From Torpedo marmorata (Eukaryota), in assembly GCA_977017645.1 (NCBI GenBank), contig OZ360225.1:69874001-69938000 (forward strand): a stretch of DNA of 64,000 nucleotides. The letters are read 5' to 3'. The stretch's first letter is position 1. Each line of letters starts with the position of its first letter. This document shows, piece after piece, positions 38,476-51,262 of this stretch. The position numbers and the translations under genes were made by a program. Below the pieces are notes generated by a model that saw nothing but the letters and a program-made list of their open reading frames with translations, ran no database searches and was not told where the DNA came from.

Positions 38476-40131
38476 ACTCCAAGATTATACTGAGATAACA
38501 AGATTGTCAACCTGGACCCTGAGTTTGTGAAGAAACACATAAATGTGAACACCCCCCCCCCCACCCCGATATAGGTGGGAGGGTTATTAATTGAACTAAA
38601 TGAACACCTTAAAATGTGCTTTTATGATGTGCTGAATATATAGGTGATGTAGAGCAGCCATTCTCAGTGAGGGCCCTACAGCCCTGCTCGGGGCCACAGC
38701 AGATTTAAGTAAAAGCCTTGTTTTCTTTTCACCTCATGTAACATAAGTTTTTTTAAAAATGTTTTTTATGTAGTCGATAGGAGAGAAATATGGAAGGAAC
38801 CAAAACTTGACTGCTTTGAACAGAGTCAGAGGGAGGCCCTATTTGAAAAAAGGTTGAGGATGGCTGCAATAGTATCCCTATTTTACAATATTCACTTTAC
38901 ACTCTACTGTTTCAAGTGACTGATAGCACTTGATACAGTTGGGTCCCAGCAGCTGCTAAGCACGATTGCTTAAAATGCCCACTGAATTTTCCTCAAGTCT
39001 TCATTTGTCCTGTTTCTAGCAGATTTTTTGTTAAAGCCTTATAATGTTGATCATTCTCCAAAGCATTTCCCAAGTTGGCATTATTGGAAAATTATTTGAT
39101 ATAAGGACCTTAGCTATTTTTTCTTTGCTAACTCAGGGGCACTAATTGTAACAGCCTGAATGTTGCACTGGTTGAGAACAGCTAATTTAGCACAGATCCT
39201 GGCCCTTCCTGTTCTTTGTAGTTTGGAGACAAGACCTTTCATTGATGGGCAGTTTTATTTTCAAAAGTAAATGAACAGTTTCCGAATTGCAGACCTGTGG
39301 TAAACTGTGAGGTTAATGCAAAAATAAATCATGTTCATATATTAGAGGGCTGAAATTATGGAGCAGTGAGAGGAAATGGCAATAATTCTGAGAACTATGA
39401 ATAGATCTTTCCAAGATATTTAGGTGACTCATGACTTACCGATGAATTTGCCTCCATGGGCAATCTTTTCTTGATGCTTTGGCTGTAATTGTGCTGGTAG
39501 ACCTGACTTCATCTCTCTCAGCACTCTACACTGTCAGTCACTTGGACTTTGTCAGTGATAAGTGACTGAAATATGGCACCCATGTATTCTGCAACAGTTA
39601 ACATAAACTAATTCGAGTCGATGTAAAATTTGCAACAGATTGTTACTCCAACATTTGTCAGAAGAGTGGGTTGATTCTTGATCAATTGATAGAATCTCAA
39701 ACACATCACTGCATGAAAGGGATGGATAGAGTTTGTCTTTATTTACCCTTTCAATGGAGGTAATTATTTTTAACAATTCTTATTGGGCTCCAAGGAGTAG
39801 AATCCCAGACATAAATTGAGAAAATGCAGGAAATGCTCCATAGCTAAGGCTGTATCTGTGGAGGGAGAAGCAGAACCATCATTTTCAGGTTAATGTCCTT
39901 TCATCATAAACCTTCTGAACTATCCCAGATTATCCGTTATCACTCTATAGCTGATGTCCCTCGTCACAGGAGACCATTCCAGTAAATATTTTTGTACTAT
40001 CTCTAAGACCCCATCATCTTCCTTGAAACAATATGCTCCATAATAAATATTGACATCTGTATTCTAACCAGTATTAAATTATATGTTTTTTTCATAAATT
40101 CTTTCTTTTTTTTTTACCACATTGCCTCATA

Positions 40132-40402
40132 TAGTGCCCTCCATAATGTTTGGGACAAAGACACCTTTTTCCTTTATTTGCCCCTGTGCTCCACAGTTTT
40201 AAATTTATAATCAAACAATTGACATGTGATTAAAGAGCACATTCCAGATTTTATTAAAGGTTATTTGTATACATTTTGGTTTGACCATGTAGAAATTACA
40301 ACACTTTTTATACACAGTTCCCCCATTTCAGGGCACCATAATGTTTGGGACATTTGGCTTCACAGGTGTTTGTGATTACTCAGGTATGTTTAATTGCTTC
40401 AT
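40132..40402 (+). mobile_element. Tc1-like transposon end (IR/DR type), single terminus
   Basis: TA followed by (T)AGTGCCCTCCATAATGTTTGGGACA, with a second direct repeat CCATAATGTTTGGGACA about 195 bp inside. No opposite end seen. Confidence 0.7.
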
Positions 40403-40634
40403 TGAATACTCTCCACATGCCTGGATGTATGCAGTCCCAGTAATCCAAGGATTTTGAAAACATCCAGGACAAAGCAGCCTGTTTGATTGGCACACTACCA
40501 AACCCATTAATTCCCTCCACAATGAGGATGTAAAAAAATGTGCACCCATCACAAAACATGCAACAATTATTTCTCCCAAATTCTAAGCCCACAATGTCTA
40601 CTACCAAGAAGGATTTTCCTCACTTGCCAGGTAG

Positions 40635-40930
40635 GCACAACAGCAACTGCACTACCAGAGAAGACTGAAGCGGGCAAAGCTTATGGCCACCATTATGTCA
40701 ACCTTCTACAGGAGCTCTATCAAGAGTGTCCTGGCCGGCTGCATCATAGTATGGTACGGCTGCTGCAGAGAAATGGATCAGAGGTCAATCCACAGAACCA
40801 TAAGAGTGGCAGAAAAGATCACCCACTCCCCCATCGACGTGATCTACTGGGATCATTGTCTGAAGAGGGCACGCAAAATCATTGAGGACCCCTTCCACCC
40901 CACACACAGCATCTTTCAGCTGCTCCCTCC
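40635..40930 (+). mobile_element. Rex1/Babar LINE fragment
   Basis: FYRSSIKSVLAGCIIVWYG...AEKIT..IDVIYWDHCLKRARKIIEDPFHP.HSIFQLLP. Confidence 0.8.
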
Positions 40931-43277
40931 AACTCTGAAGGGCAATTAGGGCCAGGCAATAAATGCTGATGTTGCCAGTGGAGCCCAGATCCTGATAAGT
41001 GTATAAATTCAAAGGACATATTGCCCTATTTCACCATAAATAAACACAGCACATGCTACAAGTTTTCTGCAGAGTAGACAGCATTCATGGAGGGAGAGAC
41101 AGAATTAATGTTTCAGACCAATAACGTTTTCATAGATGTTATTTAGAAATGGGACAGATAAAACAAAGGGTAAGGGCTGTAATAACATGAGGCCCAGGAG
41201 AGATTGAATGATGCAAGATGGGACCAGCTAAATGAGAATGGGAAACAAGGTGTAAATAGGAAGAAATGAATTAAATCCTAAATAATAGAAGAGGAGAGAA
41301 GAAGTTGTGACTGCTCGAAATATGAAGCTCAATACCAGAAAAGCTTTGTCTGAAATTGTTGAATTTAGTGTGAACAAAGAGAGGCTGGAGGGATCTGAAA
41401 CGTTGCGCATCCATTTCTCTCTATGGATGCTGCCTGAGGCTCTGAGTCCTGCCAGCTTCACTTCATATTCTCAACATTCCAGCATCAGTAGTTTTTATGT
41501 TTCTCGTTGAATTTAGTATTGAGTCTTAAAGACCAAATCAAAAACTGAAGTGCTGTCCCTTTTGTAAACCTTCATGGCAGTAGTGTAGGAGGCCAAAGGC
41601 AGAGAGGGAGTCAGATGGAGAATTAAAATAACAGGTAACTGGAAGTTCAGAGCTGAACAGAGACTTCTGCAAAAGTGCACCCAATCTGCATTTGGTTTCC
41701 CAAGCACAGAGGAAACTATATTGTGAGCACCAGATGTAGTCCTGCATGAAATTTGGTTTCTTGCACATTCCATACTTACTTCACACCATTGCTTATGTCT
41801 AGTTCAGGCTGTGACAGTGGGACCAAATTCAAGCAGACTCGAAAACAGTTTTTTAAAATAATGTTATGATTCACTGCACCTCTGTATGATCCGTTGTGGC
41901 TCACTTGGCTTTGTGGCGATTATAAATACCACAGCATATTTATTTGTCTGTTGCTTTTTAAACATTTGATTTACTTGAGTGAGAAAACAAGAGAACCACT
42001 GAATATTTTAAGTAAAACTTGTGGAAGACCAGTTACAATTGAAGCAATCCAAGTTCAGGCTCCCCTTAGCCAATGCAGTAATCAATTTCAACTGTGGTTA
42101 GCCTGAAAGCTGTTCTGATGCAGTACAACAAGCCAGGACTGTCAGAAATGAACCATTTAACTCCGAAACGGCTCTTATTATTGCTCTTCAAGTCATGTAA
42201 ATCAGTGTCAGAATCAGATTATATCAAGATTTCATTGCATGTTCTGCATATTGGCAAAATGATTAGTTTAAAACAACATCCGTGTTTAGTCTGTGTTTAC
42301 TTCTTTGATCCTTAAATACATTATAAGGCATCTATTTAATCTTTTTTTTTTGCATTACCATCAGCCATTTTGCCAGGATTGCACATTGTCATAACTGATA
42401 ACCACATGTAAAGAGAAAGGGAAAACATATAATTAATTGTAATATTGCAGCACATAATGTCTTGGTTAAGTGAAAAATAACAGTGACTTGGTATTGCCTG
42501 CATCCTGACCCTCCGAATTTGTTTTAGTGAGTTTTAGTTCCCCTGGAGATTAACTTTGATCTTTGTCAAATTCAGATATTTCAAGCCCCTTTTAACTGAT
42601 AACTAAGTGGAATTGGTTTCTCACATCAGATTACAGTCTGTCATGGTGATTGGTGCCAACAGCAAACACTGATGATCACGGTCTGCAAAAAATCTGCTGC
42701 TACATTCTCATTGCATCAAAGGAATTTGCTCCCCCCACTGCTCTGACAGCTGCTCCCAGTGTTTTTTCTTTCGCAGTAAATTAATTGGAAAAACATGGGA
42801 CAAAAGGTATTAGGTGGGGTCAACACTGCTGCTAGTTTATGATGGCCTCTAATGACTCTTTTTTAGAGAACCAGTTTACTAGAGCCAGAAACTGTCCCTG
42901 AGAGAGGACGGGAGAGCCTCACTGATATCTCAGTACGCTTAGTGTAATCACTCAGCTTTAAGCGAGTGTTTCACTGTGAGAATCTGATGACAGAACTGTG
43001 TCAGATGCTTGCTTGATGCTATCCCAGCATAACTCATGTTGAAATCTTATTGAGATTTTTTGAAAAAACTGTGCATAAAGTCCATTTTATTCAATCATAT
43101 CCTTTAATATTTAAGTCTGTTTGTGACCAGAGAAATCTTGATCTACTGTAGTGTTTAGTACTGTTTATGATATGTACAGTTTGTGGAGCATGGCTTTCTT
43201 GGTGAAGAGAAATGAATCTAAAAATCTTAAAATTAGATTAATCTCCAACACTCCTCTGATTTTGTTTTTCTTTCCAG

Positions 43278-43483
43278 GCCTCCCTCCCTCACAGGTAGCC
43301 CAGCATTTTCTGACATCTCGCTCATCAGAATCTCCCCACACAGAACTCCAGTTGGCACTTCAGAGCCTGTGTTTAACCCACCGCATCCATACATTAACCC
43401 CTACGTGGACTACATTCGATCTCTACACAGCAGCCCCTCACTGTCGATGATCTCTGCAGCCAGGGGACTTAGCCCTACTGATG
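43278..43483 (+). CDS. GLI3: GLI3 coding exon (equivalent of human exon 5), 206 bp
   Basis: Acceptor tttttctttccAG and donor GTGAG at 43484. Translates (M)[68 protein letters not shown]. The [25 protein letters not shown] motif is GLI3-type, and the phase fits both neighbouring exons. Confidence 0.96.
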
Positions 43484-44277
43484 GTGAGCATCATGTAATG
43501 TTTTGCTTCCAAAAATGTTAGAAACAGTGATGTAAAATATGTGTATCAGTTTAAAAACATTAAATCATTGTGAACATTTTACAGTGTAAGTTTTTAAGGA
43601 AAGCATCATGTTGTTAGTGCAATATTTTAAAGTATTTGTAAATTTTTGGTGGCCTTTATGTGATAAGATGATTATTTTTGTGCATTTAATGTATATTAAT
43701 TGCTTTCAATAGATTGCTTTTTTTTTGCTTGAGTGAAATACACTCTGAATGAAGACTTATAAACTTTAACTGTTGCTGTAGCAGCTTATTTTTCTCAGTG
43801 CTGTGTGGAGTCTAGACTTTTTACTCCAGGAGCCCTGCGGTTCTTAATAACAATGCTGAAGGACTTGAGTTCTTGGAGGTGATGCCTGAATCACAGCAGT
43901 AGAAAAAACATAATTGGTCATTGATGTTTGAACATTTAACATGGGACACTTAAGAGCTCATTTCTATTATTTTCCAGATTGCTCAAAAAGACAGTAGTAA
44001 CATCATTTTATGTTATATTTAGGATTCATCACTCATGAGACATCATGATAAAAACAGCTTTTGCAAACTTTCAGAATTCAAAGAGGACAAACCAACTAGT
44101 TTTGTGTTGTCGAAGTTTCAAGGGCATGCAGGCTGAAGGTTTGCCACTTCATTTGTAAGATATCACCTCATTATACCAGCTGTACAAATCATTTCAAATA
44201 AGTTTGTGTTAAGAATGTACAGGGCACTGGGTCCTATCGCATAGAAGCCCACTATTATGTAACATAGTTGACATATG

Positions 44278-44985
44278 AGTGAAACGCAAAAGTCTGCAGA
44301 CGCTGTGATTGTAGTAAAACCACACCAAAATGCTGGAGGAACTCAGCCGGTCTTTTCAGCATCCACAAAAAGCAAAGATATATTGCCGACGTTTCCGGCC
44401 TGAGCCCTTCTTCGAGGAATAAGCAGAATGAGCCAGAAGCAGGAAATCTCAAAGTCTCAGAAATCAGACAGTGCTGGCTGGGGGAGGAATCCAGACCAAC
44501 AAAAGGTGCTAATTGATTTAGGGTTAGAAAGATGGCATGCAGAACTTCGTTCATGTATACCACTTGAAAAAATTACTTACAATTTACGTAATAAATATCA
44601 TTTTTTTTAAAAAATTTGGAGCCCATATATGAAAGTTGTCGGTTTAAGGATTTAAAGATCTCTGGACATCGGATCTACTGGCGAACCTAACCTCCATAAT
44701 AAAATTAGTTTATAGATGTTTTTTTTTTAGATTGACATTCTCCTTACTCTATCTTTTTTTAAATTTTTTTATTTTTTATTTTTATTTTATTAGATTAGTA
44801 GGGATGGGAGGGTTAGGGAGGGGAGGGCGGGAGGAGGGGTGAAAATGTATCACAAGTATTTTGATAATTTTATATTTTACCTTATGTATTTTGTGATTTA
44901 AAATTTTAAATAAAATATTTTTAAAAAAGGTGCTAATTGGATATGATAAGGGACGAGGTAAGAATTTATCATGTTTGTGCGAAAT
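44278..44985 (-). mobile_element. Penelope-like 3' end (pseudo-LTR) with hammerhead-like motif, interrupted by L1
   Basis: GAGTGAAACGCAAAAGTCTGCAGACGCTG..GCTGGAGGAACTCAGC end is shared with the 52.56 and 61.63 kb copies. Reverse strand reads CTCGAAGAAGGGCTCAGGCCGGAAACGTC. Confidence 0.78.
44516..44924 (+). mobile_element. Short L1 3' fragment (same family as 9078-10907)
   Basis: LERWHAELRSCIPLEKITYNLRNKYHFF is identical to the 10.5 kb copy. 15-bp TSD AAAAGGTGCTAATTG at 44501-44515 and 44925-44939. Confidence 0.92.
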
Positions 44986-45542
44986 GTTTGGTTCTGATTT
45001 GTTCTGTGTTGAAATCTCAGGTCCTTAAATTCTCAGCACCTCCCCACAAGAGGAAGGGGCACTGCATGGTTCAAATCTCATCGTGCCCAGGTGGTTCCTT
45101 CCAGTGACCAGTGGCATGGTTCATTAATAAAGGCCTATGTTTGGGCTATCTGTCTGTATGGGAACATTGTTGGACAAATTAGAGTAAATTGAAAATAAAC
45201 CTTTCTTTTAAATGCATAATTCTTGCATAATTTCTGCTCTTGGATCTAGCAGTGCAATCTGATACGATCCAAAAAAAATAATCACTGGGGAGAAGATACC
45301 TTAATATACTATGGAGATAGAATTCAAATAAGAGCAGAGTGGGTTGAACTACATTTGCTCCATGCATAAAGATGACTCGGTGCTAACAGTGATGTTAGTT
45401 CACCTGCAGATTTTCAGTTGAGTTATCTTTGGAAGGATGTTTCTGATTGTCGTCATAGTTTAAAACAGCCATGCAACAAAAGATTTTAGCTATTAAGAAA
45501 GGCAGAACATTTGTTTGTGATGAGACAAATATTTGTTTGCTC

Positions 45543-46232
45543 TGTTATGGACCATGACTGACCATTTGGACTGCGGACGGTCAGCAGGAAGGATGAAGTC
45601 TTTTGGAGTATACACTGGGACCAGGTACTGAAAGAGTTAACTTTGGTGTACCCAGAGAGAGAGAGAGAGCAGAGAGAGACAGGCTGTGGAAAAGATACTT
45701 TGTTGCACTTTTGCAAAAGCAGGTGCAGACCTCTGCAAAGAGCAGGCAGTTTTGGAGTTGCAAAGGTTAGAGAACACAGCCAAATCTAGGGCTTGTGCAT
45801 CCCAGAGAAAAGGCTGGAAGAATAGCACATGGCCTCCTGTCTCAGAGAAATTCTGATGTAAAGCAACTTTTGTGGAGAACAGGCGTGAGATCAGCGAGAC
45901 CAGCTGTGAGATCCAAGCACACGCCTAAATCAGTGGTATACTGATCTGAATTCGCAATCCTTATGAAAACACAAGAAGGGAACGTCATCAAAGAAGAAAA
46001 ACAAGCCAAGTATTTGTAAGCATAAACAGTCATTGTCTCTCTCCATCGTTCATTCAGAAGTACTTCTACCAGCACACAGAGCTGAATTTGAAACCTGAAC
46101 TTAGAGAGTGAATTTTTGTGGACTGTATTATTCTTTTTTTGACTGACTTGTTTTTATGACTGACCTGGGGTTTTTGGGGAAAGTTTTTTCATTTTTACAT
46201 GAGGGTTTGGCACAGACTGTAATGGTCTGGGC

Positions 46233-46263
<31 letters not shown>

Positions 46264-46409
46264 TTTTAGATAAGAATAGTGTTTATAGACGTTTATAGTG
46301 GGGTTAATTGTTGTGAAATTATATGTTTAATTGTCTTTAATAAATATAAATTTCAATTTTACCCCTTTTGCATTGCGTCTTCTGTCGTTGCTGGTTTGAT
46401 TTTGTAACA
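45543..46409 (+). mobile_element. Solo LTR (867 bp)
   Basis: Begins TGTTA and ends TAACA, with a 4-bp TSD GCTC on both sides and AATAAA near 46339. Contains internal (GA)n and (CA)n tracts. Confidence 0.72.
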
Positions 46410-46607
46410 GCTCTCATGTATTTTGAGGCTTCATCCTCGGTTTGCTGAGCAAGCATTGTTTTTGTTTTGTCTCTCCCACCACCCCCCACCCCCAACCCGC
46501 CTCATGATCATTCCAGGCTCTGCTTGTTCAGAAGATCTGCCTCCTCAGGCCTTGACACCATTGCCCATGATTATTCCTTCCATTTTGCATCCCATGCTGG
46601 TTGACTT

Positions 46608-48760
46608 TGTGATGTTTCTTCTATTACAATAAAGAAACTTGGGTTCTTTTTAAACAACTACATTTATTAACTAAAGCAAACAGCACTAAGAACAGAACAC
46701 ACACAGACAAGACCTCATGTGGAGGCTTCCATCTTGATTCTACCCAAGATGCAACAGGTTTCCCAAGAGGCAACACCAACTCGTCTCCGACTCCTCCTGG
46801 TGGTAGCACTTTATCACTACATCCCCTTTCCTTGAGATGTTTAATCTGACATCATGACACACTAATACAGTATTCATTTCAATTTAAAGCTCAACACAAA
46901 CGTAAACACAAACATCAGCAACACAAACATTTTAAGTGTGCAGTTCTTTTTCTTTTAGAGATTCAGTCTGTCAGGTACTTTGATAACACGTGTGGATCTT
47001 CTTAACACAGGTGCTTGTGTCGGCTCTGCTGGTCCACTACTGTCTAGCACTGGTGGTGTTTCCTCTGTTGCTGTGCAGGCTGAATCTTCTGCATCTGTCT
47101 GTTCCTGCAGTGTCTCTTGCGTTTTCTGAAGGCTCTTTCGATTCCTCCTCAGTATTTGAACATCCTCTGTTCTGACAGTGTAGGATCTTGGATTTACTTC
47201 CTCCAGAACAGTAGCCTTTTTGTCCCAACTGTTTGAATCTCAGAGTCTCACTGTGTCATGTTGTGCCAGTGGCCCTAAGCTTCTTGCTGACTTGTCATAG
47301 TTTGCTTTTTGTCTCCATTGCAGACGCTTTTGTTTCCGTTCGACATCTCTGTTCTTGTTTGGGTCTGCAGAGTAGGGAAGTGTGGTGCGTAGTCCACGTC
47401 CCATCAGAAGCTCAGCGGGTGACATGCCATGTTCAAGTGGCGAAGCTCTGTAACTCATTAGATCTAGATACGGGTCTGAGCCACCGTCTTGAGCAACTGT
47501 TTAACTATGTGAACTCCTTTCTCTGCTTTACCGTTTGACTGTGGATGCAGAGGACTTGAAGTCACATGTCGAACATCATACTCTTCTGCAAAGATCTGGA
47601 ATTCTCTACAGCTGTAGCATTTTCCATTGTCACTGTAGACAATTTGAGGAATTCCATGTCTTGCAAAGATCGAATTCATATATTTGATCACACAAGCAGC
47701 AGACATGTTAGGAAGCAGCACTGGTAAGTCAGTTATTATCATGGGTTCCTTTGCCTGCTTTGCGTGATGTTTCAAACAGGTCTCACAGCTGGAAACCATC
47801 CTGTCAATGTCAGCATTTATCCCTGTCCAATAAACAGCAGTTCTGGCCCTCCTCTTGCATTTTTCCATTCCAAGGTGCCCCTCATGCACCCTTTTCAGCA
47901 TCTCTTGTTGCAGTGATTGAGGAATGACAATTCTGCCCTGCTGAGTAGAAGCCCATTGACAGCACTCAGCTCAGCTCTGATGTTGTAGTATGGCTGACAT
48001 TCACTTCTAGGCCATCATTCAGATTCTTGATGACCTTCTGTAGAACTGTGTCCTTTTCTGTTTCAGCTGCGATGTGCTTGGATTTCATGTCAGACACGGG
48101 AAGAGATTCAGTGATCAGATTCAAGTGGAGATTCACATCTGTCTCTGTGGAACTCTCATTGTGTGCTTCAATCTGTGTCGTTGCCATGGATAACACATCA
48201 GCTAACACAATAAGTTTCCTTGGTGTGTACACCAATTCAAAGTCAAAACGTTGTAGCTTCATCATCAGTCTTTGGATTCTCGGTGATATTTCACTGAGAT
48301 CTTTCTTGATTATGGCTATTAATGGTCTGTCTCTGCCACGAATGTTGATAGACCATACACGTAACTGAAATTTCTCAAGTCCATAGACCAGACCTAGACA
48401 CTTTCTCGATCTGTGCATATCGACATTCAGATTTTGTCATCGTCCTTGATGCGTATGCTACTGGCCTCCAATCTTCTCCCACAGCCTGAAGTAGTACAGC
48501 ACCTATTCCATCTTTGAAGTGGCCGTAGATATTTTCGTCCTTCTGGATGCGTCAAAGAACGTCAAAAGTAGTGGTTCTATTTTTAGAATGGTCTTTAGTC
48601 GTCCCCATTCTTCCTCGTGGTTGTCTGTCCACTTGAATTCACGTTTGTCCTGTAACAACTTCCTTAGGTACATTGTTTTGGAAGACAGGTTTGGTATGAA
48701 TTTACCAATGAAATTGATCATTCCCAGCACTCTTTTTTGTCAGTGGGTCTGGGCATCTCT
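46608..48760 (-). mobile_element. 5'-truncated Gypsy (Mag-like) element: RNase H, integrase, PPT and 3' LTR
   Basis: Reverse-complement homologue of about 56553-58798, with LTR 46608-46821 and PPT 46822-46833. The integrase has an internal deletion (IITDLP|VLLPNMSA). Confidence 0.93.
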
Positions 48761-48989
48761 TACCCGACTTATTCCTTCACCTCTGATTTATTAAAGATGA
48801 ATCCTTAATCTTTTACTCTTCCATACAGCTATGGCATCATCACACAAAAACAAATTGCAATTGTTGCCGAATCCAACAGGATGGAAAGAGCTGTTTACGC
48901 ATCAAGTACCCACTCTTATGGATCCCATTTTATTCTCCCCCCACCCATAGCCATCAATCCTTGCTAGATTTTACCACGAGCAATATACT

Positions 48990-49195
48990 CACCTACACAC
49001 TAGGGATAGTTTACCATTACCAATTAATCTACCAACATTCACATCTTTGGTACGTGGGAGAGAACTAGAACACCTCAGTAAAATGCACATGGACACTGGG
49101 AAAATGCTCAAATTACACACAGACAATACCAGTGGTCAGGATTGAATCCTGCCCTTTCAGACAGCAGCTACATGAACTGCATCAGAGTGCCACCC
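48990..49195 (-). mobile_element. Decayed HE1-like SINE
   Basis: ACATCTTTGG..GTGGGAG..AAATTACACACAGACA..GGTCAGGATTGAATCC..GTGCCACCC. Confidence 0.65.
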
Positions 49196-51121
49196 AAAAT
49201 TAACAATAGTCGGTCTACCATTTCACCACTTACCTCGACTTCTTTATTCTTTATATGTTGTTTGGCCAGTTATCCAACTTGTAGTCTTGGATGAACTGAA
49301 ACCATTGTCTTTGATCTCTGCCATGTATTTAATGTGTTTCATTTTCTTGTCATCTATTCAGTCTCTCCCTAGCCATTGTCTCAGACTCAATCAGGCTGTT
49401 TCCAAACTTGGGACCTTGCATTGAACTTTAACCCACACATTCTTTCCATTACTAAAACTGTTAGCTCCCATCTCTGCAATATCTTGCATCTTCACATCTG
49501 TCACAGCTCACCTCCTGTGAACACCTTCATTCATTCTCAAGGCTCAATAATTCCAGAATTTTCTGGACTGATTTCCCATCCTGCACACTTTCTAGAGTTT
49601 ACAGCAGTCAAGGTTTTAATACTAGTTTCCTGGTGACATACTCATTTTCTACGTGACGTTAACTCTGTCCCCATTGTTCTCAGTTTTCATTCCCTGCTTC
49701 AATCCCTCCCATGCCATTGTCCCTCGATATCTCTGTAATCTCTTCCAGCCCTGTCACCCTACTATTCTCAGTCTGGCCTATTATGGATCCCCACAAATTT
49801 CACTCCACTGTTAAATGACTCTATCTGCCCCACAACATGGACTTCCATTGCTAAAACCACCAACCTCTATCTCCTATTTCCTTGTACCCTCTTTTAGAAA
49901 AAAATGCTGTATCATTCCCTGTGTCTTTTTTTGGTCTTATTATTAATGTTCATGTTAGGGCACATATAAAAGTAATTGTGTTTATTATCACTATAGAAAC
50001 TGGGTATAGTTGATTTATATCAGGCTTTCTGCATCTAACATTCCTGCGTAGGTGGAAGGAAAATTAAAATACAAGGATGAAAATAATGGTAGCATAGTTA
50101 TAATATAACTCTTGCTTTTTACTTTATTAACACTGAGGAACTTACATCACTGTGGCTGTGTTGATTGTAGTGGACCAGAACTGGAACACTAAAAAACATG
50201 AAGAGCCAGAGGTGGAACAGAAGATGAAAGTTAATGGCATCTGGTTCAAATCAAACATTGCATAAGTTATGACACAGCTTGCAGGTTCACATGCTCTATG
50301 AACTTCAGGATTTTTTCTCATTCAGTTAGGATTACAAATTAAAATAGCCCCCAAAATCATGACATCTTCTTCAATGGAACTGAAATGCATTACAATGTAA
50401 GTTTATTTGTCACATTATATCTAGTACAATGAGGATTCTTCTGTGAGCAGCTTGACAGGTCAGTCCTAACATTCATACAGCATATAATGTAAAAGGGCAC
50501 AATTTACAGAGTTACAGTGAATACATCTATTAGTACCAAGCAAGGAGAGTATGGTAACACTGCTGTGGATTCATTCAGGAGCCTGATGTCTGTGGGAGGT
50601 AGGGGTGGGGGGTGGGGATATCAATGTATTGTATAAGAATGAATAAAAGTTTTGAAGAAATGTCTTATTCATTGTTTGTCATTTTAAACCTTTAATATTG
50701 AAGCACATGTCCAGATAGATTATTCATTTGAAATCACAGGCACTGGGAATTGTCATCAATTGTTGGAAAGGATGTGGAGTTTTGTGAATGTTAGCATGTC
50801 AGTGGAATGTAGCTGACTCACTTCTTTACATATTTTAGGAATGGATTTTGTCTCTCTGTTCTTTGCAATGAAATAACAAATCCTTATAGAGAAAGTGTTT
50901 ACAATTTGCAAACAGGGAAAATGTTCTTATTTATGATCGTGTAGAATGTCCTAAAGCTACAGAGAGATTCACTCGTGGCAATGAAAACTTGATAGGTACT
51001 CTGATCAGTTGTACACAATGAATAATTTGAAATAATTGTCTAAAAATAAAATTTGAATTCAGGTATTGGGATTTACTGTGAATGACCTGGGTAACAATCT
51101 CCAATCTGTTTGTTTTTTCAG

Positions 51122-51262
51122 TACCACATGCTGGAGTCAACCCGGCAGAATATTACCACCAGATGGCTCTGTTGACTGGTCACCGCAGCCCATACAGTGA
51201 CATCCTTCCTCCAGCTGGTACAGCTGGTGCTCTGCACATGGAATATCTCCATGCAATGGAGG
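51122..51262 (+). CDS. GLI3: GLI3 coding exon (equivalent of human exon 6), 141 bp, phase 1-1
   Basis: Acceptor tgttttttcAG and donor GTAGGT at 51263. Translates (V)[46 protein letters not shown], matching GLI3 [25 protein letters not shown]...HMEYLHAMD. It lacks the GLI2-specific HLKERGLFGL segment. Confidence 0.95.

Noticed and set aside
43279-43299. Cryptic acceptor/donor (CTCACAG/GTAG) inside exon 5
   Set aside because: Would shift the frame, and the upstream acceptor gives the expected 206-bp exon.
43151-43450. 99-aa ORF from the supplied track
   Set aside because: Wrong reading frame across the real GLI3 exon.
7890-51262. GLI2 or GLI1 identity
   Set aside because: Exon 6 sequence ([19 protein letters not shown], HMEYLHAM) and [15 protein letters not shown] are GLI3-type, and the GLI2 HLKERGLFGL segment is absent.
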